Part shown: in pieces, positions 55,961 to 64,000 of the stretch
Layout of the letters: the number at the start of each line of letters is the position of its first letter
Position numbering within the stretch: position 1 is the first letter of the stretch
Assembly: GCA_965224085.1 (NCBI GenBank)
Contig: CBDCYI010000005.1
Coordinates: 1,280,001-1,344,000 of the forward strand
From: Candidatus Marinacidobacterales bacterium
GTDB lineage: Bacteria > Acidobacteriota > Vicinamibacteria > Marinacidobacterales > SMYC01
Length of the DNA stretch: 64,000 bases
Reading direction: 5' to 3'
Notes under the pieces: model-generated
What the model saw: the letters and a program-made list of their open reading frames with translations, nothing else
Database searches by the model: none
Told to the model about the DNA's origin: nothing
Position numbers and translations under genes: made by a program

Positions 55961-56932
55961 CTAAATTCCTACGGAGAGTGAATCGATCTGTTCGAAGAAG
56001 CGCAGCACGCGATCCGCGGCCCAAAAGAAACGAGGCGCACGTGAAGTGCCTACGAAGCCGACATGGCCGGCGCCTTTTGCGATCTCGAGCGTGACGGCGC
56101 CGGAATGTTGCCAATGATGCACGCTGTCATACGGGATGAACGGATCGTTCGTCGACGATAGAACGAGCGTCGGCCGCTCAACGTCGGCCAAGACAGGGCC
56201 GGTGCTGACGGACTGATAGTAGTCCTCTGCGTTGCGATAGCCGCCATAAAAGGCCGTGATGACGTCGTCGAATTGGCGCAAGGTGGTTATCCCGCGCTCA
56301 CGGCCGAGCTCGTAGCGCTCGGGGGCGCGACGCTGTCGCCGTTTATAGGACGCACAGAGCGAACCGGTGAACCGAGACTGGTAGATGAAATTCGCGCGCT
56401 CTTCGAGAGCGTCGGCGCATCGCGTCATATCAAGCGGTGGGCAGACGGCAGAAGCGGCTTTGAGCGCCTCAGGTAGGTGCCTTCTCTCCCGTGCAAGCGT
56501 GAGAAGCGTCAGTCCCGCGCCGAGGGAAAAGCCGACGATGGCGAAACGGGCCACCCGACTCGCGAGCCACTCCGCCGCGGCGAGTAAATCTCCCGTGAGG
56601 CCCGCGTTATAGAGCTGCGGGCACAGTGAGATGGAATCGCCACATCCGCGCATGTTCATGCGGATCACGTGCCATCCGGAACGGAAAGCTGCCACTCCCG
56701 TGCTCACGAGGTAATGCGCCTCGTCCGTGCCTTCGAGGCCGTGCACGAGCAACAATGCCGGCCGGTCGGCGTCTTTCTCCTGCCACGAAGCGCGCAGTAA
56801 GAGGCGTACGTCGAGGCCGGTGTCGACGACGACGTTTTCAGAGGGGAAGGGCCATTTCAAAAAAGATCGCGCGAGCACGCCTCCGAGCGTCTGAAGGTGG
56901 CCTCCCGGCAAGAGGGGGCGAAAACGGCTCAC
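55961..56932 (-). CDS. YheT-family alpha/beta hydrolase
   Basis: GGHLQT, HGLEG, RGCG, GFSLGA, NDPF, GHVGF. Confidence 0.9.
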   Translation of the reverse strand: MSRFRPLLPGGHLQTLGGVLARSFLKWPFPSENVVVDTGLDVRLLLRASWQEKDADRPALLLVHGLEGTDEAHYLVSTGVAAFRSGWHVIRMNMRGCGDSISLCPQLYNAGLTGDLLAAAEWLASRVARFAIVGFSLGAGLTLLTLARERRHLPEALKAASAVCPPLDMTRCADALEERANFIYQSRFTGSLCASYKRRQRRAPERYELGRERGITTLRQFDDVITAFYGGYRNAEDYYQSVSTGPVLADVERPTLVLSSTNDPFIPYDSVHHWQHSGAVTLEIAKGAGHVGFVGTSRAPRFFWAADRVLRFFEQIDSLSVGI

Positions 56933-57153
56933 AGATTCGATTCGGAAGGTCGCGGCTTGGCGATGACCGAGATCGTACCGTGGGTGGCGGTCTCGGCGGC
57001 GACGCCATGTTTCGCGAGCTCCTCGAGAGTGTGCGCGAAGTCTCTAGCGTTTTGATAGGCCAAGAGCAGCGCACCGCACGCGTCACAGGTCGCGACGTCG
57101 CCATGACGTGCCAGGCTATTTCGTGCTTCTTGCTCACAGCAGGTCTTCATCAC
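56929..57153 (-). CDS. Small Cys-containing hypothetical protein (CC…CxxC)
   Basis: 4-nt overlaps with both neighbours; possible Zn ligands. Confidence 0.65.
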   Translation of the reverse strand: MMKTCCEQEARNSLARHGDVATCDACGALLLAYQNARDFAHTLEELAKHGVAAETATHGTISVIAKPRPSESNL

Positions 57154-57998
57154 AGTCGCTTCTTCAAGTTACAGAGCTCGCAATTACGCGCGTTGTTGTG
57201 GCGCGGGCAATTTTCGAGGATACCCATGCGCGACAGCGCGAAATCGTATTTGATTGGATCGACCGGGTCGAGCCGCCGAAGGCGTTCGGTGATATCGAGC
57301 GCGGTACGAAATCCCGTCGTTTTCCTTTGGCTCCAACCGAGGTGGTGGCCGATGCGATAAATATGCGTGTCGAGCGGGATGACGAGATCGCATGCTGGGA
57401 TGAATGGCCAGAGCCCCAAATCCAAGCCGTCATCGGCGCGCACCATCCACCGAAGAAACATATTCATCCGCTTACAGGCACCGGTGCGCGGGCTTGTGAA
57501 AAAAAAGCGAACGCCCGCTTTCGTCGGAAGGCCGTGCCCGCGATACAGTCCTGCGTGGTCTAGCGCGAGCGCCCTCTGGGAAAACCGCATCAAGCTCGTG
57601 GCCATGTCGTTTTCGACGAAACTCTCCTCGAAGAATCGCCCTACGCTTCCGTGACTCTGGAGCATCTGGCCGGCGAAGTGTACGAGGCAGACGACGTCCC
57701 GGCCTCGTGACCACCGGTGCTGGAACTTTCCGAGCGAGGCGAGTGCTTGCTTCGGCTCGAGGGTGCGAGCGAGCTCGGCGGGACGCGGACCCATCCACAA
57801 CAGGATCCGCTCCATGCTATTGGCGATGGTCTTGACGTTCCCATAGGCCAAAGCGGAGGCCACGAGGCCGACGACTTCTCGATCGTCGCTCCGCGTAAAA
57901 CGACGGGGAAACGCCAGAGGGTCGGACGCCAGATAGCGTGCGTCGTAATGTCTTCTGAGCTCTTCCAAACCTTCGCGAAGAACGGCGAGATGTGTCAT
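57150..57998 (-). CDS. TIGR02757/DUF2400 family protein (HhH-GPD-like)
   Basis: SDP, D.EVVG…LAYG, CKR.NMFLRWMVR, DLGLW, PLDTH, DP.KYDFAL. Confidence 0.85.
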   Translation of the reverse strand: MTHLAVLREGLEELRRHYDARYLASDPLAFPRRFTRSDDREVVGLVASALAYGNVKTIANSMERILLWMGPRPAELARTLEPKQALASLGKFQHRWSRGRDVVCLVHFAGQMLQSHGSVGRFFEESFVENDMATSLMRFSQRALALDHAGLYRGHGLPTKAGVRFFFTSPRTGACKRMNMFLRWMVRADDGLDLGLWPFIPACDLVIPLDTHIYRIGHHLGWSQRKTTGFRTALDITERLRRLDPVDPIKYDFALSRMGILENCPRHNNARNCELCNLKKRL

Positions 57999-59281
57999 TC
58001 GAGCGACCAGGCGATGCGCCCTCCGACAATCGTGGTCACGGGCCGGCCTTCGAGCTCCCAACCCGCGAAAGGCGTGTTCTTGCCGCGCGAGTGAAACGAT
58101 TCCGGGTCGACCCGAACGTGCCGCGTTGCATCGAGAAGCGTCACGTCGGCGGGGGAGCCCACTTTCAGCGTGCCGCCGGCTACGCCGAGCACCCGCGCCG
58201 GTCCCGAGGAGAGAAGCTCCACCATGCGCGACAGCGAAATGACGCCCGGCTTGACGAGGCGATCGAGACAAAGCGAGACCGCCGTCTCGAGCCCGACAAT
58301 GCCGAACGGAGCTCGATCGAAGTCCTCGCGTTTCTCGTCGGGGTGATGGGGCGCGTGGTCGGTGGCGATGGCGTCCACCGTTCCGTCCGCGAGCCCCTCG
58401 AGAAGTGCTTCGCGATCCGCTTCGGTGACGAGAGGCGGCTTCATCTTGGCGTCCGTGTCGTAGCTCTTGAGGCTCTCATCCGTGAGAACCAGATGATGCG
58501 GCGTGACCTCACAGCTCACCGCGAGCCCACGCGCTTTCGCTTCGCGCACCCTTCGAAGCGCTCCCGACGTTGACAGGTGCGCGACATGGAAGCGGGCGCC
58601 GGTGAGCTCGGCGAGCACGACGTTACGATCGACCGAAATGATCTCGGAGGCTCGGGGAATGCCTAAAAGCCCGAGAGCCGTGGACCAATAGCCCTCGTTC
58701 ATCACCCCTTTGGGATGAAGCTCGGGCGTCTCGCAATGCTCGACGACGGGAAGGTCGAAAACGGTCGCATATTCCATGGCGCGTCGCATGACGTTCACGT
58801 CGCGTACGGGAAGGCCGTCATCGGAGACGGCGACGACGCCCGCCTCCACCATCTCGCCCATCTCGGAGAGTTGTTCTCCTTGCATTCCTTTCGTAATGGT
58901 CCCGATGGGGTAAACGCGCGCCTTGTCTGCTTGCGCTGCTTTCCTGAGGATGAACTCCGTCACCGCCGCGCTATCGTTGGGTGGGTCGGTATTAGCCATC
59001 GCCGCCACCGCAGTGAAGCCGCCCGCCACCGCCGCTCGAGATCCTGTCGCGATCGTCTCCTTGTACTCGAAGCCGGGCTCTCTCAAATGCACGTGCATAT
59101 CGATGAAACCCGGCGTGGCGACGAGCCCGTCCGCATCTAGAACGTCAACGTCGACGTCTTCGGCGGTCGTTCGAGCGCCGATGGCCTTGACGATGCCGTC
59201 CTCGAGCAGCAGATCGCCGATCTCGTCGAGCTCCTGGCTCGGGTCGACGATGCGTGCCCGCCGAACGAGAAGCCGCGTCAT
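57995..59281 (-). CDS. pyrC: Dihydroorotase
   Basis: [31 protein letters not shown]. Confidence 0.94.
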   Translation of the reverse strand: MTRLLVRRARIVDPSQELDEIGDLLLEDGIVKAIGARTTAEDVDVDVLDADGLVATPGFIDMHVHLREPGFEYKETIATGSRAAVAGGFTAVAAMANTDPPNDSAAVTEFILRKAAQADKARVYPIGTITKGMQGEQLSEMGEMVEAGVVAVSDDGLPVRDVNVMRRAMEYATVFDLPVVEHCETPELHPKGVMNEGYWSTALGLLGIPRASEIISVDRNVVLAELTGARFHVAHLSTSGALRRVREAKARGLAVSCEVTPHHLVLTDESLKSYDTDAKMKPPLVTEADREALLEGLADGTVDAIATDHAPHHPDEKREDFDRAPFGIVGLETAVSLCLDRLVKPGVISLSRMVELLSSGPARVLGVAGGTLKVGSPADVTLLDATRHVRVDPESFHSRGKNTPFAGWELEGRPVTTIVGGRIAWSLE

Positions 59282-60210
59282 GTTGTTTCTCCATGCCCGC
59301 CTGCGAGCAAGTACAAGACTGCCATGCGGATGGCCACACCGTTCGTCACCTGCTCGAGGATGAGGGAATAAGGACCATCGGCGACGGCCGAGTCGATCTC
59401 GAGGCCGCGGTTGAGAGGACCAGGATGCATGAGGATGACATCGGGCTTGGCGCGCTCGAGCCGCGCGGGCGTGAGCGCGTAGAGGCGAAAATATTCTCGG
59501 ACGGACGGAAAAAAGGCGCCCGTCATGCGTTCTTCTTGAACGCGCAACATCATTACGACATCAGCGTCGATGAGGGCCTGGTCCATCGTGGGCGCGACTT
59601 CGGCTCCGAGCTCCTGGATGTGCGGGGGGATCAGGGTCGGGGGACCGCTCACAACGACGTGCGAGCCCATCTTCGTGAGCAGCTGAAGGTTCGATCGAAA
59701 CACGCGGCTGTGTAGCAAATCCCCGACGATGACGACCTTGAGCTCCGACAGTTTTTGTTTGGCCTCGAGGATCGTGAAGGCATCGAGGAGAGCCTGCGTC
59801 GGATGCTCGTGCATCCCGTCTCCGGCATTGACGACCGCTGCTTTCACTTCACTCGCGACGATGTGAGGCGCACCTGAAGCATGATGGCGCATGACGATGA
59901 CGTCTGGCGCCATCGCCTGGAGGTTGCGAACGGTATCGACGAGCGTCTCGCCCTTGGCCACCGAACTGCCCGAGACGCTGACATTGATGGCGTCGGCCGA
60001 GAGACGCTTTGCCGCGATCTCGAAGGAGACGCGCGTGCGCGTGCTTGGTTCGTAGAAAAGGTTGATGATCGTGCGGCCCCGGAGAGTCGGAACTTTCTTG
60101 ATTGTCCGAGCACCGACTTCTTTGAAAGACGCGGCCGTCGTTAGGAAAAGCTCGATCTCCGCTGCGCTGAGGGTCTCGATACCCAGGAGGTCCTTGTGCC
60201 GAAGGGTCAT
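59278..60210 (-). CDS. pyrB: Aspartate carbamoyltransferase catalytic subunit
   Basis: [32 protein letters not shown]. Confidence 0.96.
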   Translation of the reverse strand: MTLRHKDLLGIETLSAAEIELFLTTAASFKEVGARTIKKVPTLRGRTIINLFYEPSTRTRVSFEIAAKRLSADAINVSVSGSSVAKGETLVDTVRNLQAMAPDVIVMRHHASGAPHIVASEVKAAVVNAGDGMHEHPTQALLDAFTILEAKQKLSELKVVIVGDLLHSRVFRSNLQLLTKMGSHVVVSGPPTLIPPHIQELGAEVAPTMDQALIDADVVMMLRVQEERMTGAFFPSVREYFRLYALTPARLERAKPDVILMHPGPLNRGLEIDSAVADGPYSLILEQVTNGVAIRMAVLYLLAGGHGETT

Positions 60211-60749
60211 CCTGCGAGCACCACTTCGTCGCGGCCGTCCTGCTCACCCACGTGGACGTACACCATCTGGCTTTTCGTCGTCTCGAGGGTCGCTCCCGCA
60301 TAGTTGGCGTGAATGGGGAGCTCGCGACAGCCGCGATCCACCATGGCGAGAAGCTCGATCTTTCGCGGCCTCCCGAAATCGATAAGCGCTGTGATCGCTG
60401 CTCGGACCGTGCGACCGGTATAGAGGACGTCATCCACGAGCACGATCCACGTATCGTCGACCGGGAACGGAAGATCCGTACTTCCGACGATCGGCTGTTC
60501 CGCGACCGCGGTCAAGTCGTCCCGATAAAGAGTAATATCCAAAACCCCGAGGGCGGGCCGCTCACCGGTTTTAGCTTCGATGAGCGTCGCGATCCGTTGC
60601 GACAACGGAACGCCGCGCGTGCGTATCCCGACCAAGGCGAGACGGCCCGTAAAACCGCTCGCCCGACTCGTTTTAGACGCTATCTCGTCGGCGAGCCTCA
60701 GAAGCGCCGCCTCGAACGCGGCGCTATCCATCACGAGCTCATCGGTCAT
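60207..60749 (-). CDS. pyrR: PyrR bifunctional regulator / uracil phosphoribosyltransferase
   Basis: [32 protein letters not shown]. Confidence 0.93.
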   Translation of the reverse strand: MTDELVMDSAAFEAALLRLADEIASKTSRASGFTGRLALVGIRTRGVPLSQRIATLIEAKTGERPALGVLDITLYRDDLTAVAEQPIVGSTDLPFPVDDTWIVLVDDVLYTGRTVRAAITALIDFGRPRKIELLAMVDRGCRELPIHANYAGATLETTKSQMVYVHVGEQDGRDEVVLAG

Positions 60750-60789
60750 AGCCGCGGCATGCTACCACCAATTCAAGAAACTGTTGCCC

Positions 60790-62628
60790 TCACTCGGGGA
60801 TCTCGAGGAGATCGGGGACAGCGTCCAGAGGGGAGCCTTCGAAATCATCGGGGCGTCGGGGCTCGATGAGGAAGTTCTTGTAGGACGAGATGAAGGTCAA
60901 GGGTTGGGAGCGCAGCAGATCTTCTTCGAGCGCTTCCGTCAGGAGGGTCCCGTTCATGTCGTGGCCTCGCGGAAGGCCCATCAGATAGAGAAGCGTGGGC
61001 GTGATGTCGAGTACCGACGCGCCCCGGATCTTGGCGCCAGCGGCGACGCCGGAACCATGGAGGATGAGAAGACCGTCCGGCGCGTCTTCGTGATACCCAG
61101 ACAGATGGTCATTGCCTTTGAACGGCTCGATCACGCGTCGGGCGAGCGGGAGCGGCTCCATGCCGTGGCCCGAGACGACAACCAGCGTCTCGTCGTCGGT
61201 TCGAGCTTGGATGTAGCTGCCAAGAATCGTGTCCAGACGGCTGTAATACGCCTCGACGACGCGGCCGTATTTTCGAGTTTCGGCATCGCTGACGTCTCCG
61301 AAGCGATCGGGCAGCTGGTAGCGCGTGAAAGTGTGCCCGATCGCGTCCAGTCCGAAGAAGTAAATCGCGTAGACATCAGGCCGCTCTTCATCACGCAGGA
61401 GCGTTCCGATGTTTTGGTAAGTCGAGTCGTCGGCGAGGGCCCGCCGAAGCGCCTTCTGCCAGGGGACGGTGTCTCCCGGGATGTCGACCGAGGTGTCCAC
61501 GAATGGGTCGAGCGTAGCGGCATCGATATGCTCCGGCAGGACTGCGTGGGCGCTGAGACGAGAGGTGAGCCCGTCTGGATAGGTGAGATGGGGCAGGGGT
61601 GGGTCGAATCCCTCGCGCATCTGACGATGAAAGAACTCGGAGATGATGAAACCATCGATTTCGGAAGCCGGATAGGTCCCCCACCAACGGAGGAGTCCGA
61701 CACGCAGGCCGAAGCCACTCATGATGCTCCAGAAAGGTTCTGCGCGACGCGACGCCGCTGTGACGGCGCTTCGATTCAAAGCACCGAGTCGATCGAGCGT
61801 TCGGAAATCGAGCCCGCGCGGACGGAGCGAGAACGGCGTCTGGACCCATGGAAAGCGGTAGCGGTAGAAAGCTTTGAGGCCATGCTCTCGGGGGAGCTTG
61901 CCGGTCGCGATGCTCGTCCAGACTGCGAGCGATTCCGTAGGGTACAGGGTTCTCAACGCTCCCGAGGCGCCGCCTTCGATGAGGCGCGCAAAGTTCGGGA
62001 GCTTGCCTTCGGCTACGGCTGGGAGCACGTAGGATAACGAGGCCCCTTCGATACCGATGATGGTCAGACGCCGCTTTGCGGGCATGTCTTGAAGGGGCAT
62101 GCGCGGGACGGCGTCTTCGGCCTCGGGCTGCGGCCGCATGACGAGGGGCAGCACAGTTGCGGCGACAAAGAAGAAGCTGGAGAGAGCATAGCTGACGACC
62201 GCGCCCCGCCGCCCGAAGGAATAATGGAAGAGCCCCACAACGAGCAGCACCAAAGCGGCCGCCGTTTCCACCGTGGCGGCGATGGCGACCCCCGAGAGCG
62301 TTTGCGACGGGATAAACATGCGCAGATGAAGCAGATTGAACCAGAGTAGGGTGGCGGCGCTCGCGAGCGCCATCATCAAGAGCCACGTCAACACTCTGAT
62401 GGACAACCACGCCGGGCCGAGCGGCTTGCCACGGAAGGCTTCGACGACTTTGAGCAGCAGCCAAAAGGCGAGGCTTGCCGCGAGCCCGTAGGTAAGCGCG
62501 AACGTGCCCCAGACCGAGAGCACCGTTTGAAAAGTGTGGGGCACCTCGGGATTCAGCAAGAAAACACACTCCGCCAAGAGCAGCGCCACGACCTGGCCGG
62601 CGACGAGGCAGTTTGTTGCTTTCCGCAT
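60790..62628 (-). CDS. Membrane-anchored alkaline phosphatase-superfamily (NPP-type) protein
   Basis: Several N-terminal TMs; IIGIEGA, WTSIATGK.P..HG, VVSGHG, D.TPTLL. Confidence 0.8.
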   Translation of the reverse strand: MRKATNCLVAGQVVALLLAECVFLLNPEVPHTFQTVLSVWGTFALTYGLAASLAFWLLLKVVEAFRGKPLGPAWLSIRVLTWLLMMALASAATLLWFNLLHLRMFIPSQTLSGVAIAATVETAAALVLLVVGLFHYSFGRRGAVVSYALSSFFFVAATVLPLVMRPQPEAEDAVPRMPLQDMPAKRRLTIIGIEGASLSYVLPAVAEGKLPNFARLIEGGASGALRTLYPTESLAVWTSIATGKLPREHGLKAFYRYRFPWVQTPFSLRPRGLDFRTLDRLGALNRSAVTAASRRAEPFWSIMSGFGLRVGLLRWWGTYPASEIDGFIISEFFHRQMREGFDPPLPHLTYPDGLTSRLSAHAVLPEHIDAATLDPFVDTSVDIPGDTVPWQKALRRALADDSTYQNIGTLLRDEERPDVYAIYFFGLDAIGHTFTRYQLPDRFGDVSDAETRKYGRVVEAYYSRLDTILGSYIQARTDDETLVVVSGHGMEPLPLARRVIEPFKGNDHLSGYHEDAPDGLLILHGSGVAAGAKIRGASVLDITPTLLYLMGLPRGHDMNGTLLTEALEEDLLRSQPLTFISSYKNFLIEPRRPDDFEGSPLDAVPDLLEIPE

Positions 62629-62664
62629 TTCGTTGTTTGCTGACGGTTACCTGTTTCCTGTTAC

Positions 62665-63618
62665 CTATATCCGCCTCAGTTTTTTTAGGAGGTCATTCAT
62701 GTCATTTGGGATTGGGGCGGTCCATTGCATCGTCTCGTCGTTGTTTGGGTGGGTTAGTGCCAGGGACTCGGCGTGAAGGGCTGGGCGGGGGAACTGGCTC
62801 AGCCATTTGAAGGCGAGTGCGTCTTGTCCAGATGCTCGTTTTCGCCGCGCTCTGTAGTCTTGGTCGCCGGCAATCGGATAGCCGGCTTCGCTCAAATGTA
62901 CGCGGATTTGATGGGTGCGTCCCGTGTGTATTTGGATCGCGAGGAGCGCTGAGTGCGGAAGTTGTTCCAGGCGCTCGATAGTGCTCTTCGCCGATCTCGG
63001 GTGCTTGGTGCGCGTTGACATTTTGGTGCGGTGCAACCGGTCACGGCCGATCGCGCGGTCGATGACGAGGTGCTCGGGCAGCGCGCCGTGCACGACGGCC
63101 AGGTAGCGCTTGCGCACGCGGCGTTTCCGAAACTGTGTGGCGAGATGTTGGTGCGCTCGGTCGTGTTTGGCGACCACGAGCACCCCTGTCGTTCCCGAGT
63201 CCAGACGATGCACGATTCCGGGTCGTTCCACGCCGCCGATGCCGCTCAAATCGTGGCAGTGGGCCAAGAGCGCGTTCACCAGCGTTTTCGAAGGATGACC
63301 TGGTGATGGATGCACTACCATCCCTGCCGGTTTGTCGACCACGACGAGATGCTCGTCTTCATAGAGGATGGAAAGAGGGATAGGCTCGGCTTCCGGGCTT
63401 GCGGGCACCGGGGCGGGGATCACCACTTCCACGGACTCGCCTTCGTAACAGAGGCGGGACGGTCGAGCGATTTTGCCGTCGACGCGTACCCGCCCATCTT
63501 TGATCCACTTCTTGACTCGAGCGCGGCTCACATCTTCGAGGTGGCTCGCCACGGCTACGTCGAGCCGGAGAGCCGATTCCGAGGGCTCGATCTTCCAGGA
63601 TTCGAGCCGTTCGCTCAC
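62665..63618 (-). CDS. RluA/RluD family pseudouridine synthase with S4 domain
   Basis: RLD…SR S4, DKPAGMVVHP, IVHRLDSGTTG, TGRTHQIRVH, LHA. Confidence 0.93.
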   Translation of the reverse strand: MSERLESWKIEPSESALRLDVAVASHLEDVSRARVKKWIKDGRVRVDGKIARPSRLCYEGESVEVVIPAPVPASPEAEPIPLSILYEDEHLVVVDKPAGMVVHPSPGHPSKTLVNALLAHCHDLSGIGGVERPGIVHRLDSGTTGVLVVAKHDRAHQHLATQFRKRRVRKRYLAVVHGALPEHLVIDRAIGRDRLHRTKMSTRTKHPRSAKSTIERLEQLPHSALLAIQIHTGRTHQIRVHLSEAGYPIAGDQDYRARRKRASGQDALAFKWLSQFPRPALHAESLALTHPNNDETMQWTAPIPNDMNDLLKKLRRI

Positions 63619-64000
63619 GCCGTCCGCTTTTGGGGGAAGCGACGAAGGGTCGAGAGCGCGAACACAGAAAAGCCGAGGAGCACGAAAGCGATGATCTGTG
63701 ACGTCGAGACGGCGCCTCCGAGAACGAAACCTCTCGCGAGGTCTCCGCGAAAGAACTCGATCACGAAACGCGCCGTCGAATAGAGAGCGACGTAGCTCCA
63801 AAAGACTTGACCGTCGAACTTCTTCCGGCCCGCGAGAAAGATCAAGAATCCGAAGATGGCGAACTCCACGATCGATTCGTAGAGCTGCGTCGGATGGAGC
63901 GCGATACCGAGCGGCACCCCTACGATTTCGCGCGCATAGGGATCCGTGAAGGTAACGCCCCACGGCGCGGTTGTCGGTTTTCCGTAACAGCATCCGGCGC
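63615..64000 (-). CDS. lgt: Prolipoprotein diacylglyceryl transferase (3' part; continues beyond window)
   Basis: GCCYG…PWG, HPTQLYES, RFVIEFFRGD. Confidence 0.92.
   Translation of the reverse strand, partial: AGCCYGKPTTAPWGVTFTDPYAREIVGVPLGIALHPTQLYESIVEFAIFGFLIFLAGRKKFDGQVFWSYVALYSTARFVIEFFRGDLARGFVLGGAVSTSQIIAFVLLGFSVFALSTLRRFPQKRTA

Noticed and set aside
60580-62037. 485-aa plus-strand ORF
   Set aside because: Antisense shadow of the phosphatase-family gene
1-64000. CRISPR array, cas genes, rRNA or intact tRNA
   Set aside because: No regularly spaced direct repeats or recognisable structural RNA genes seen by eye; only a tRNA 3' remnant

Overview
GC-rich bacterial chromosomal segment, probably Acidobacteriota (inferred from a GWxTD-like protein, an ADOP-type permease remnant and PEGA/TonB-ExbBD content). 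The housekeeping backbone includes nth, relA/spoT-ridA, tonB-exbB-exbD-exbD, tgt-yajC-secD-secF, uppS-cdsA-dxr-rseP, truA, pyrR-pyrB-pyrC and lgt-rluA. Mobile DNA: two near-identical 1690-bp DDE IS copies with CTAG-bearing ends, two inverted IS6 copies bracketing hicAB plus a TrpR-family-led his operon with a HisC-HisB(IGPD) fusion, nested IS1634-like/IS21/integrase-core remnants, a MITE at the uppS stop codon, REP-like palindromes and many internally deleted pseudogene stubs. The most striking signal missing from the ORF track is a stand-alone unit at about 39350-39725. It has a near-consensus promoter, a structured leader of about 210 nt, a strong RBS, a 24-aa Lys/Ala peptide (MAKKKAAKKKAKKKATKKKAAKKK) whose 3' UTR can fold back over its own Shine-Dalgarno, and an intrinsic terminator. 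No CRISPR array, rRNA or intact tRNA was seen. All calls are by-eye motif recognition with no database searches.
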